Shown: positions 9,744-17,356 of the stretch, one piece after another | Position numbering within the stretch: position 1 is the first letter of the stretch | Layout of the letters: the number at the start of each line of letters is the position of its first letter | Source of the DNA: Bacteroidetes bacterium UBA7692 | GTDB lineage: Bacteria > Bacteroidota > Bacteroidia > Chitinophagales > LD1 | Direction of reading: 5' to 3' | Length of the DNA: 40,213 nucleotides | Assembly (NCBI GenBank): GCA_002482725.1 | Contig: DLGO01000067.1 | Location: 1-40,213, forward strand | Notes under the pieces: model-generated | The model's input: only the letters and a program-made list of their open reading frames with translations | The model's database searches: none | Told to the model about the DNA's origin: nothing | Program-made: the position numbers and the translations under genes

Positions 9744-10973
9744 ATGAAAAAAATACTGTTTTTCGTTCTTCCTTTGCTTTACTCGCTTGGCGCAGCTGCT
9801 TATTGCAGGGTGGATACAGTTTATAATTACAGCTATCCGGACAATGGTGCCATAAGGGAGACTGTAAACAGGCGCATATACACCTATACGGCCGATTCGC
9901 TGGTTGCTACCGATGAGTATCAGGTATATGATGCTACTACATCTGCTTATGTGAGGCAGTCGAAAGTGATTTCGCAATATAACGCGGCAAGAAAGCTGGT
10001 GTTCGAGTCTTCACAGTCGTACAGCACAAGCGCCAATAATTGGGTGGATGCAGGCAGAAGGTATTACACCTATTCTCCGGCAGGTTTTTTGATAAAAGAT
10101 TCGGTTTCTTATGCAGGTACTCCAACCTGGACCCAAGGCCCCAGGTTTACCTATACAGTAAATGTTGATGGAAATCGCGTGGTAACCTTGCGCGAGATTT
10201 GGGACTTTGCTTCGGGTGGATTTGTGCCAACATCAAGGACTACATCTAAGTATAATGGCTTACAATTAGTGGCAGATACGGCCCGCTACTATAATCTCTC
10301 CATATCATCATTTGAAAATGGCTCTATAAGGCAGTATAGCAGGAATGGAGCTGGCACAGTGATACAAACACTTCTCTACTTTTGGGATGCAGCTACAAGC
10401 AGTTATTATACCAAAGGCCGTGATTCATATAATGTTACAGGATTAACCTTTGTAACCTTTGAAAGCTATGAGCAAAAAGCCGGCCCCACCAGTCCATGGG
10501 TATATAAAACGAAAGCTTTTCAGCGCTACGACATGGTTAACATGGTATTGCTGGAGCGCAAGGACCTGAAATACGATGCCGGAACCAGTGTATGGGATAC
10601 TACAAAAAAAACAACCTATACCTACAACGGTAGTTATGATTTAACATCGAAGGATATATATTCTTTTGATAAAGACCTGCAGGAGTACACCACCAGGGAC
10701 CAAACAGTATATCGCTGTGCATCCACAACGGTAGGAATAGAGGATATCGAAGAAGATAAAATATTTTCTGCTTATCCCAACCCTGTTTCCTCGGGCTTTA
10801 TTACCATCAATTCTTTGGGTAAAGCACACTATGCTTTAGTAGACTTAAGAGGGGCATTGGTGCAGCAAGGAAATTTGGGTACAGGCGAAAACAGGGTTCA
10901 GCTGGAATCTTTGTTGGCCGGTATTTACATACTAAAGGTAGGCAACCAGTCGCAAAAGGTTGTGATACAATAA
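9744..10973 (+). CDS. secreted repeat protein with T9SS C-terminal sorting domain (paralog of 11634..13043)
   Basis: Signal peptide MKKILFFVLPLLYSLGAAA, then an YCRVDTVYNYSY N-motif and Y/W/T-rich repeats. The C-terminus YPNPVSSGFITI...GIYILKVGNQSQKVVIQ is a T9SS CTD. Confidence 0.75.
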   Translation: MKKILFFVLPLLYSLGAAAYCRVDTVYNYSYPDNGAIRETVNRRIYTYTADSLVATDEYQVYDATTSAYVRQSKVISQYNAARKLVFESSQSYSTSANNWVDAGRRYYTYSPAGFLIKDSVSYAGTPTWTQGPRFTYTVNVDGNRVVTLREIWDFASGGFVPTSRTTSKYNGLQLVADTARYYNLSISSFENGSIRQYSRNGAGTVIQTLLYFWDAATSSYYTKGRDSYNVTGLTFVTFESYEQKAGPTSPWVYKTKAFQRYDMVNMVLLERKDLKYDAGTSVWDTTKKTTYTYNGSYDLTSKDIYSFDKDLQEYTTRDQTVYRCASTTVGIEDIEEDKIFSAYPNPVSSGFITINSLGKAHYALVDLRGALVQQGNLGTGENRVQLESLLAGIYILKVGNQSQKVVIQ

Positions 10974-11001
10974 TTCAATCATCTAATTAAAAAACGAAAA
11001 C

Positions 11002-11544
11002 ATGAAAAACTTATCTAAAAGCAGCTTTTTGTTGGCTTGCATGGCGCTCATCTTTTTTTCGGGCTGCAAAAAAGATACCCCTGTAACAACTGATACTATT
11101 CCACCTTCTATGAGCCTGACTATATCAGGTGGTGGAACCTCTAAAACATTTACGGATGCAGGGGACTATTCCACCGGCATATTCAACCTGAAACCCTCCA
11201 CCAAATATACCATTACATCTTCGGTTGCCGACTCCGGCGGGGTGCAGAGCTTAAGGCTTACATTGGCCAAGTTATTGATAAGCCAGAATATAACGGGTGC
11301 GCCTGCAAATACAGAAACCGAAACGTCTTTCGATAAGAACTATTCTATAGCAGGCTCTGCCAGCGATCCATATAAGAGCTTTCTACTATCGGGCAATTTT
11401 GTAACACCGGATGCGGCAAATGGCTCTTTCAGTTTTACCATTTCTTCAAACGGCAGGGACTACAGGCCAAACCTTTCTACGGTTTTGGTGAATGTGAATG
11501 TAGAGGATAACCCTGTTGGTGGCTACGGCTGGGTTACGTTTTAA
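11002..11544 (+). CDS. small lipoprotein (hypothetical)
   Basis: MKNLSKSSFLLACMALIFFSGC lipobox followed by KKDT. Ser/Thr/Gly-rich mature protein. Confidence 0.65.
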   Translation: MKNLSKSSFLLACMALIFFSGCKKDTPVTTDTIPPSMSLTISGGGTSKTFTDAGDYSTGIFNLKPSTKYTITSSVADSGGVQSLRLTLAKLLISQNITGAPANTETETSFDKNYSIAGSASDPYKSFLLSGNFVTPDAANGSFSFTISSNGRDYRPNLSTVLVNVNVEDNPVGGYGWVTF

Positions 11545-11633
11545 CTATAGCAGTCAAGCGTATAGGTTATTACGGTTGCTATATGCTTGCGGTTGGGCAC
11601 ATTTGAAAAAATCATTTTTAAAAGGAATAACAA

Positions 11634-13043
11634 ATGAAAAACTTACTCTTAATTATCATACTCGCCATTAGTTCATTTGCTGCAAATGCAGAATGCAGGC
11701 CCGATACAGCTTTTAAATACAATTACCTTACGGGTACTTCTATAAAGGAACTAACAGGCAGGGTAATTTATACCTATAACACAGCAGGTAACCAAACGTC
11801 TTATTTGGTTCAAAACTGGCAGAGTGCTACAAGCACCTGGCAGAACAGCTCTCAGCGCATTGCTGTATTTAATGCTGCGGGTTTTGAAACGGAATATACA
11901 GGGCAGTTATGGAATACCACCTCCAACACATGGGTAAATGACAGCCGCTATAGTTTTGTGTATGATGCAGCCAATAACATATTAGAGCAGGTTTACCAGA
12001 CCTGGGTAGGCGGAGCATGGCAAGGGTCTACCAAGTACAACTATACATACAATGCGGCCAATAAGCGCACGCTGGAGGTTCTGCAATATTGGAACACCAC
12101 TACTAATGCCTGGCAGAACAACAATAAAACGATAGTGAATTATGATGCTGCCAACAATAATGTGGAAAGCATAACCCAAGGCTGGGATGCCACGGCAATG
12201 GCCTGGAACAATAACTCTAGAATAAGCAGAAGCTATGATGCCAATAACCGGGAGACCGAATATGTGTACCAGGGTTGGAACAACCCCGGCGGATGGGAAA
12301 ACAGCAGCCGCGGAACAACTACCTATAATACCGGTGGTGCCAGGATAGGCGACCTTGGCTACCAATGGAATCTTGGTAGCTGGGTGCTTACTTCCAGAAC
12401 CACTTACACTTATAATACAGATGCGTTGATAACGGAATATTTGTATGAGCAGTATGATAATTCAACAATGACCTTACGTAACAACTTCAGGACCTTGACT
12501 ACCTATACTGCCAGTAAACAGATTGAAACAGAAACAGGGCAAAGCTGGGAACTGGCCAGTAATAGTTGGTTAAATTACAGCTTAAGAACAAGGACCTATA
12601 ATAGTAATGGTATGCTTACTGTTTATCTGGAGCAGAATTGGAATGCTTCGGCTAACAGTTGGGTGAATGATCAGGGAACTACCAGAACATACAATGCCAG
12701 CAATGATGTAATTTCGTGGGAGTTTTATGGTGACTGGAATGCAACGGCAAACTACTACAACTCGCACTCCTACGACGAATACCGTTGCACGCAGATTGGT
12801 GTTGGCATAAATGATTTGATACCAGAATCGGAATGGAATATTTACCCTAATCCCGTGACGGCAAAAGCGGCAACGATATATGTATCGAAAAGCACAGACT
12901 ACTCTATAACAGACCTGATGGGCAAAGTAATAAATGAGGGCAGTTTAGACGCAGGAGTAAATCCTATTGAGCTCAACACCGCATCCGCAGGGATTTATAT
13001 AATACGGATAGGTGCTCAGGTTAAAAAGATTGTGGTGGAATAA
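11634..13043 (+). CDS. secreted tandem-repeat protein with T9SS C-terminal sorting domain
   Basis: Signal peptide MKNLLLIIILAISSFAANA and an ECRPDTAFKYNY N-motif shared with 9744..10973. About 11 copies of a ~31-aa Y.YN/D..N......Q.W....N.W.N repeat follow. The CTD is YPNPVTAKAATIYV...GIYIIRIGAQVKKIVVE. Confidence 0.8.
   Translation: MKNLLLIIILAISSFAANAECRPDTAFKYNYLTGTSIKELTGRVIYTYNTAGNQTSYLVQNWQSATSTWQNSSQRIAVFNAAGFETEYTGQLWNTTSNTWVNDSRYSFVYDAANNILEQVYQTWVGGAWQGSTKYNYTYNAANKRTLEVLQYWNTTTNAWQNNNKTIVNYDAANNNVESITQGWDATAMAWNNNSRISRSYDANNRETEYVYQGWNNPGGWENSSRGTTTYNTGGARIGDLGYQWNLGSWVLTSRTTYTYNTDALITEYLYEQYDNSTMTLRNNFRTLTTYTASKQIETETGQSWELASNSWLNYSLRTRTYNSNGMLTVYLEQNWNASANSWVNDQGTTRTYNASNDVISWEFYGDWNATANYYNSHSYDEYRCTQIGVGINDLIPESEWNIYPNPVTAKAATIYVSKSTDYSITDLMGKVINEGSLDAGVNPIELNTASAGIYIIRIGAQVKKIVVE
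11766..12789 (+). repeat. in-frame ~93-nt (31-aa) degenerate tandem repeat array inside CDS 11634..13043
   Basis: Successive units include YTYNTAGNQTSYLVQNWQSATSTWQNSSQRIAVF, YDAANNILEQVYQTWVGGAWQGSTKYNYT, YNAANKRTLEVLQYWNTTTNAWQNNNKTIVN, YDAANNNVESITQGWDATAMAWNNNSRISRS and YNSNGMLTVYLEQNWNASANSWVNDQGTTRT. The aromatic and Asn positions are conserved across units. Confidence 0.5.
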
Positions 13044-13074
13044 GGGATAGTCTTGGATTTTTAATGATGATGAG

Positions 13075-13105
13075 GGCACAACTATATTTAGTTGTGCCTT
13101 TTTTT
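13075..13105 (+). terminator. rho-independent terminator after 11634..13043
   Basis: GGCACAACT-ATATTT-AGTTGTGCC followed by TTTTTTT. A 9-bp perfect stem. Confidence 0.6.
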
Positions 13106-13130
13106 GAGGGGTTCTTCATCTAATTAAAAA

Positions 13131-13160
13131 AAGCGGCCCCATTGCTGGAAGCCGCTTTGC
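13131..13160 (-). terminator. rho-independent terminator after minus-strand gene 13183..13956
   Basis: On the minus strand, GCGGC-ttccagcaatggg-GCCGC is followed by TTTTTTT (the revcomp of the AAAAAAA at 13125-13131). Confidence 0.5.
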
Positions 13161-13182
13161 TTTGCCCGGTTTATCTTGCTTG

Positions 13183-13956
13183 TTACTTCTGGGCCAGGTA
13201 ATGTGTCAGGTCATCAACACTGCTGCTGAAGTTGAACTCCTGGTTCAGGGTAAAGTAGTTTTGCTTGTCTATTACTTTGTCGTACATCATTTTGGCTACC
13301 TCCAGTTTGGTGCTTTCAAAGGCAAACTGGTTCATAAGCTCACCTACCTGTGCACTGCTGAAATCGTAGTATGGTATTGCTTGTTTCAATATACCCATCT
13401 TAGAACTTTCGAAGGCAGTTTTGTTTATGGTGTTTTTCAATTGAGCAAAGGTGCCTGCATCCATCAGGTGGTAAACCGGCTGTGGTGCCTGTACTACAGG
13501 GAACTGGCAAGCAGGCTCAGGAATACAGTTGTCATTATTTCCACGGTCATCATACCATCCGTCGTTGTTATTTGGCCTTTGTGGAGTGTTCAATGCATAC
13601 TGGCTCTCAATTATAAAGTTCCTGTACATATCTATGGTAGCAAATATTTGTGTGTTGGCAGGTATGTTTATCATACCATTGAAGTGCTGTCTGGTAACTC
13701 TGTTCCCACGGAAGTTTCTTACACTTACAACTTTCAAGGTATGGTTGCCGGGCATCAGGTTGGGCATTACTGCACGGTTGCTTTGCTGGTTTACTTGTTT
13801 GCCATCTATCCATGCTATAAAAGCCATGTTGTTGTCCAGCCTCAACTCCAGGTTAGAGCGTTTTGCGAAGTGCTGTGCAGATACCATAGTGGTAAATACC
13901 AGCATCATTGTTATCAAGCCTAAACCTTTCAATCCTTGTGTAAAAATGTTTTTCAT
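13183..13956 (-). CDS. secreted DUF4476-like protein
   Basis: Start placed at MKNIFTQGLKGLGLITMMLVFTTMVSAQ (a signal peptide), not at the ORF's first Met. The C-terminal duplicated FESSKM...YDF / FESTKLEVAKMMYDKV...NYF pattern is typical of DUF4476. The overlapping plus-strand ORFs 13162..13923 and 13529..14110 are rejected. Confidence 0.65.
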   Translation of the reverse strand: MKNIFTQGLKGLGLITMMLVFTTMVSAQHFAKRSNLELRLDNNMAFIAWIDGKQVNQQSNRAVMPNLMPGNHTLKVVSVRNFRGNRVTRQHFNGMINIPANTQIFATIDMYRNFIIESQYALNTPQRPNNNDGWYDDRGNNDNCIPEPACQFPVVQAPQPVYHLMDAGTFAQLKNTINKTAFESSKMGILKQAIPYYDFSSAQVGELMNQFAFESTKLEVAKMMYDKVIDKQNYFTLNQEFNFSSSVDDLTHYLAQK

Positions 13957-14117
13957 AACCTGTTTTCTCCTGTATGTTTTTGGTGAAGAAATATTATGCA
14001 GATATGATGTGCGTTTAGGAGATTGGTTTAAAATTAAAATGGAATTATTTTTTGCCCCTGCTGCCAATCCTTTGCTGTGCAATGGTTTCAGTAGATGCAA
14101 AAAAGTGTAAAAACAAC

Positions 14118-14141
14118 AAAGGCGCTCCATGGAGCGCCTTT
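14118..14141 (-). terminator. bidirectional intrinsic terminator downstream of gpx
   Basis: Perfect palindrome AAAGGCGCTCC-AT-GGAGCGCCTTT, flanked by AACAACAAA on one side and TTTGTTTAT on the other. T-rich tracts follow the hairpin in both orientations. Confidence 0.55.
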
Positions 14142-14164
14142 GTTTATAGCCTCAGCCGAAAATA

Positions 14165-14704
14165 TTATTTAGCGTTCAATGCTGCTTCTATTTCAGCAAT
14201 TACATCTGCTTCATTTACGCTTTTGCGTGCAGATATAGATGAGATAACCTTACCATCGCGGCCTACCAGAAATTTGTGGAAGTTCCAGTCAACTTTGCTG
14301 TCTACTGTACCGTTTTCTTCTTTGGTGGTAAGGTATTGGTATAGCGGGTGAATGTCTTTGCCCTTTACAGATATTTTAGAGAAAATGGGGAAAGTAACCG
14401 CATATTCTTTGGTGCAGAATTGTTTGATCTCCTTATCAGAACCCGGCTCCTGGCTCATAAAGTTGTTAGCAGGGAAGCCCAATACTACAAGTCCTTTGCT
14501 GTTGTATTTTTTATAAAGGGCCTCTATGTCTTTGTACTGTGGAGTATTGCCGCAAAAGCTTGCCACGTTTACAAATAGCAGTACTTTACCTTTATAGTTG
14601 GCAAGTGAAACCTCTTTGCCATCTATATCCTTCATTTTGTAATCGTAAACAGATTTAGAAGAAGGTACCAGTAACATTAGCAATAAGAATGAAATCAATT
14701 TCAT
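14165..14704 (-). CDS. gpx: glutathione peroxidase (Cys-type), secreted/periplasmic
   Basis: Signal peptide MKLISFLLLMLLVPSS. The GPx active-site block LFVNVASFCGNT (TGC Cys codon, not TGA) is present, with WNFHKFLV and FPANNF motifs. Confidence 0.85.
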   Translation of the reverse strand: MKLISFLLLMLLVPSSKSVYDYKMKDIDGKEVSLANYKGKVLLFVNVASFCGNTPQYKDIEALYKKYNSKGLVVLGFPANNFMSQEPGSDKEIKQFCTKEYAVTFPIFSKISVKGKDIHPLYQYLTTKEENGTVDSKVDWNFHKFLVGRDGKVISSISARKSVNEADVIAEIEAALNAK

Positions 14705-14733
14705 GAGATATTATGTTTTGTTTTATAACGGAA

Positions 14734-14741
14734 CAAACGTA
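14734..14741 (-). promoter_or_regulatory. candidate Bacteroidetes sigma-A -7 element (TAcgTTTG) for gpx
   Basis: The minus strand reads TACGTTTG, a perfect TAnnTTTG, 29 nt upstream of the gpx ATG. Confidence 0.3.
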
Positions 14742-14803
14742 AAGCTAAAGAGTTTAGATTGGAGCTTACATAGATTAATTTAACTAAAAGCAATCCCGGA
14801 TTA

Positions 14804-15157
14804 TTAATAAAAGGCATCCCTTATATGGAATATTTCGGGCCGGCCTGCTTTAATAGTTACTGATATTATATCAAACCGTATTTCTCCTTTCCGCGAGTTC
14901 TGGTGCATATATTCCTCAGATGCCTGGTGAAATAACTCCACTTTTTTATCTGTAATACTTTCTTCAGGCATGCCATATTTTGAGCTGGTCCTTGTCTTTA
15001 CTTCGCAGAATACGGTTAAGGGGCCTTCAATAAAAATAATGTCTATTTCTGATCGTTTATACCTGTAGTTTTGGATGAGTATAGCGTTTCCAAGCCCACG
15101 CAGGTAGTCTGCGGCTATCTGTTCCCCGGTAATTCCTAAGTCATTGTGGGCTGCCAT
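14804..15157 (-). CDS. yraN: YraN-family (UPF0102) endonuclease-like protein
   Basis: MAAHNDLGITGEQIAADYLRGLGNAILIQNYRYKRSEIDIIF...VFCEVKTR matches the YraN GE..A..YL...G...l..N.R....EIDII pattern. ATG at 15157 preferred over the upstream TTG at 15166. Confidence 0.75.
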   Translation of the reverse strand: MAAHNDLGITGEQIAADYLRGLGNAILIQNYRYKRSEIDIIFIEGPLTVFCEVKTRTSSKYGMPEESITDKKVELFHQASEEYMHQNSRKGEIRFDIISVTIKAGRPEIFHIRDAFY

Positions 15158-15190
15158 TTGCGCCAAAATGACACAAGATTTTCAACTTTT

Positions 15191-15198
15191 CAAACTTA
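15191..15198 (-). promoter_or_regulatory. candidate -7 element (TAagTTTG) for yraN
   Basis: The minus strand reads TTTTAAGTTTGAAAAG with a perfect TAnnTTTG, ~34 nt upstream of the yraN ATG. Confidence 0.3.
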
Positions 15199-15298
15199 AA
15201 ACTGACAAATCATGATTTTTTCTGACAAAATTATCTAATGGCACAATGATTGATAAACAGAGGTAGAATTAGAAAACAAACAAAAAAACTAATAAGCA

Positions 15299-17215
15299 AT
15301 GGGTAAGATAATCGGAATAGACTTGGGAACAACCAATAGTTGCGTTTCTATTATGGAAGGTAATGAGCCGGTAGTAATAGCAAACGATGAAGGTAGAAGA
15401 ACAACTCCTTCGATAGTTGGTTTTCTGGCAAATGGCGAGCGTAAAGTAGGTGATCCTGCTAAACGTCAGGCTATAACCAATCCAACAAAAACTATACAAT
15501 CAATCAAACGTTTCATGGGTGTGCGCTACAGCGACCATTCATCTGAAGCAGGCCGTGTGCCGTATAAAGTAGTAAAAGGCGATAACGATACTATACGCGT
15601 AGATATCGATGGACGCATGTATACACCACAGGAAATTTCTGCTATGGTACTTCAGAAAATGAAGAAAACTGCAGAAGACTACCTTGGACAAACAGTTACA
15701 GAAGCGGTTATTACCGTTCCTGCATACTTCAACGATAGCCAGCGCCAGGCAACCAAAGAAGCGGGTGAAATAGCCGGCCTGACTGTGCGCAGGATATTGA
15801 ACGAGCCAACAGCAGCAGCACTTGCATACGGCTTGGACAAAACAGGTAAAGACATCAAAATAGCAGTGTATGACTTGGGTGGTGGTACATTCGACGTATC
15901 GGTACTGGACCTGGGTGGTGGAGTATTTGAAGTGAAATCTACCAATGGTGATACACACTTGGGTGGCGATGACTTCGATGCAAAAATCATCGACTGGTTG
16001 GCAGACGAGTTCAAACGCGAGGAGAACATAGACCTGAGAAAAGATCCTATGGCTCTGCAACGCTTGAAAGAGGCTGCTGAAAAAGCTAAAATAGAGCTAA
16101 GCGCATCTCAGGAAACTGAAATCAACCTGCCTTATGTAACAGCGGTAGACGGAGTGCCTAAGCACCTGGTGAAAAAGCTTACAAGGGCTAAGTTTGAGCA
16201 ACTGGTGGATGACTTGGTACAACGCACCTTGAAACCATGTGAGCAGGCATTGAAAGATGCAGGTTACAAGCCTGGTGATATAGACGATGTTATTCTGGTA
16301 GGAGGTTCTACCCGTATTCCTAAAATTCAGGAAGTTGTAGAGAAATTCTTTGGCAAAAAACCTTCTAAGGGAGTTAACCCTGATGAGGTGGTAGCAGTGG
16401 GTGCAGCTATACAAGGCGGTATCCTGAGCGGTGATGTAAAAGAAGATATCGTATTGGTAGACGTAACGCCGCTTTCTTTGGGTCTTGAGACTTACGGAGG
16501 TGTGTTTACCAAACTGATAGATTCCAACACAACTATCCCTACCAAAAAATCGCAGGTATTTACCACCGCAGCAGATAACCAGCCAAGCGTGGAAATCCAC
16601 GTTTTGCAAGGCGAGCGTGCTATGGCGAAGGATAACAGGACCATCGGCCGTTTCCACCTGGATGGTATACCAATGGCTTCACGCGGAGTGCCTCAGGTAG
16701 AGGTTACTTTCGATATCGACAGCAACGGTATAGTACACGTTTTTGCGAAAGATAAAGGCACCGGTAAGGAGCAAAGTATCCGTATAGAAGCTACTACAGG
16801 GCTTAGCAAAGAGGAAATCGAGAAAATGCGCAACGAGGCTAAAGCTAACGAAGAAGTGGACAAAAAAGCCCGCGAAGTAGCTGAAAAGCGCAATGCAGCA
16901 GATAGCCTTGCTTTCCAGACAGAGAAGCAATTGAAAGAGTTTGGCGATAAAGTACCTGCGGAGAAAAAAGCAGAAATAGAAACAGCGCTGAATGAACTGA
17001 AAGCAACACTTGCTTCGGACAACCTGGCAGCCATAGAAGCCGCTACAGAAAAGTTGAACACTAAATGGCAGGCAGCTTCGCAGGAAATTTACGCAGCCCA
17101 GCAACAAGCAGGCGCACAAGCCGAAGGAGGTGCACAAGCTGATGCAGGAGCGGGTGCAGGCGAAGAAACTGTTAGCGATGTTGACTACGAAGAAGTTAAA
17201 GACGACAAGAAATAA
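15299..17215 (+). CDS. dnaK: molecular chaperone DnaK (Hsp70)
   Basis: [26 protein letters not shown] and [14 protein letters not shown] are present, with a Gly/Ala/Gln-rich acidic C-terminal tail. 638 aa. Confidence 0.97.
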   Translation: MGKIIGIDLGTTNSCVSIMEGNEPVVIANDEGRRTTPSIVGFLANGERKVGDPAKRQAITNPTKTIQSIKRFMGVRYSDHSSEAGRVPYKVVKGDNDTIRVDIDGRMYTPQEISAMVLQKMKKTAEDYLGQTVTEAVITVPAYFNDSQRQATKEAGEIAGLTVRRILNEPTAAALAYGLDKTGKDIKIAVYDLGGGTFDVSVLDLGGGVFEVKSTNGDTHLGGDDFDAKIIDWLADEFKREENIDLRKDPMALQRLKEAAEKAKIELSASQETEINLPYVTAVDGVPKHLVKKLTRAKFEQLVDDLVQRTLKPCEQALKDAGYKPGDIDDVILVGGSTRIPKIQEVVEKFFGKKPSKGVNPDEVVAVGAAIQGGILSGDVKEDIVLVDVTPLSLGLETYGGVFTKLIDSNTTIPTKKSQVFTTAADNQPSVEIHVLQGERAMAKDNRTIGRFHLDGIPMASRGVPQVEVTFDIDSNGIVHVFAKDKGTGKEQSIRIEATTGLSKEEIEKMRNEAKANEEVDKKAREVAEKRNAADSLAFQTEKQLKEFGDKVPAEKKAEIETALNELKATLASDNLAAIEAATEKLNTKWQAASQEIYAAQQQAGAQAEGGAQADAGAGAGEETVSDVDYEEVKDDKK

Positions 17216-17237
17216 AATACAGTAAATAATCTTTTAC

Positions 17238-17274
17238 ATCCCCGCGCAGCTGGCCTGCTCGGGGATTTTTTTTA
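17238..17274 (+). terminator. rho-independent terminator after dnaK
   Basis: ATCCCCG-cgcagctggcctgct-CGGGGAT followed by TTTTTTTT. Confidence 0.55.
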
Positions 17275-17356
17275 AATAACCCTTATCCACACTGCCTCAT
17301 AAGTAGCTTATACAGCGTCATAGCGAGGTGGTATTTTTCAACCATAAATTATAGAT

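Noticed and set aside
13162-14110. Plus-strand ORFs 13162..13923 and 13529..14110
   Set aside because: They overlap the minus-strand DUF4476 gene, which has a signal peptide, a conserved FES.K...YD repeat pattern and a downstream terminator. The plus-strand translations are Cys/Leu/Val-rich with no motifs.
14551-14580. Selenocysteine-type glutathione peroxidase
   Set aside because: The active-site residue is encoded by TGC (Cys), not an in-frame TGA. No SECIS-like hairpin is needed.
15539-17137. Multiple minus-strand ORFs inside dnaK (15539..16060, 15679..16029, 16097..16657, 16679..17137, 16693..17061)
   Set aside because: Antisense to an unambiguous DnaK reading frame. These are artefacts of codon structure.
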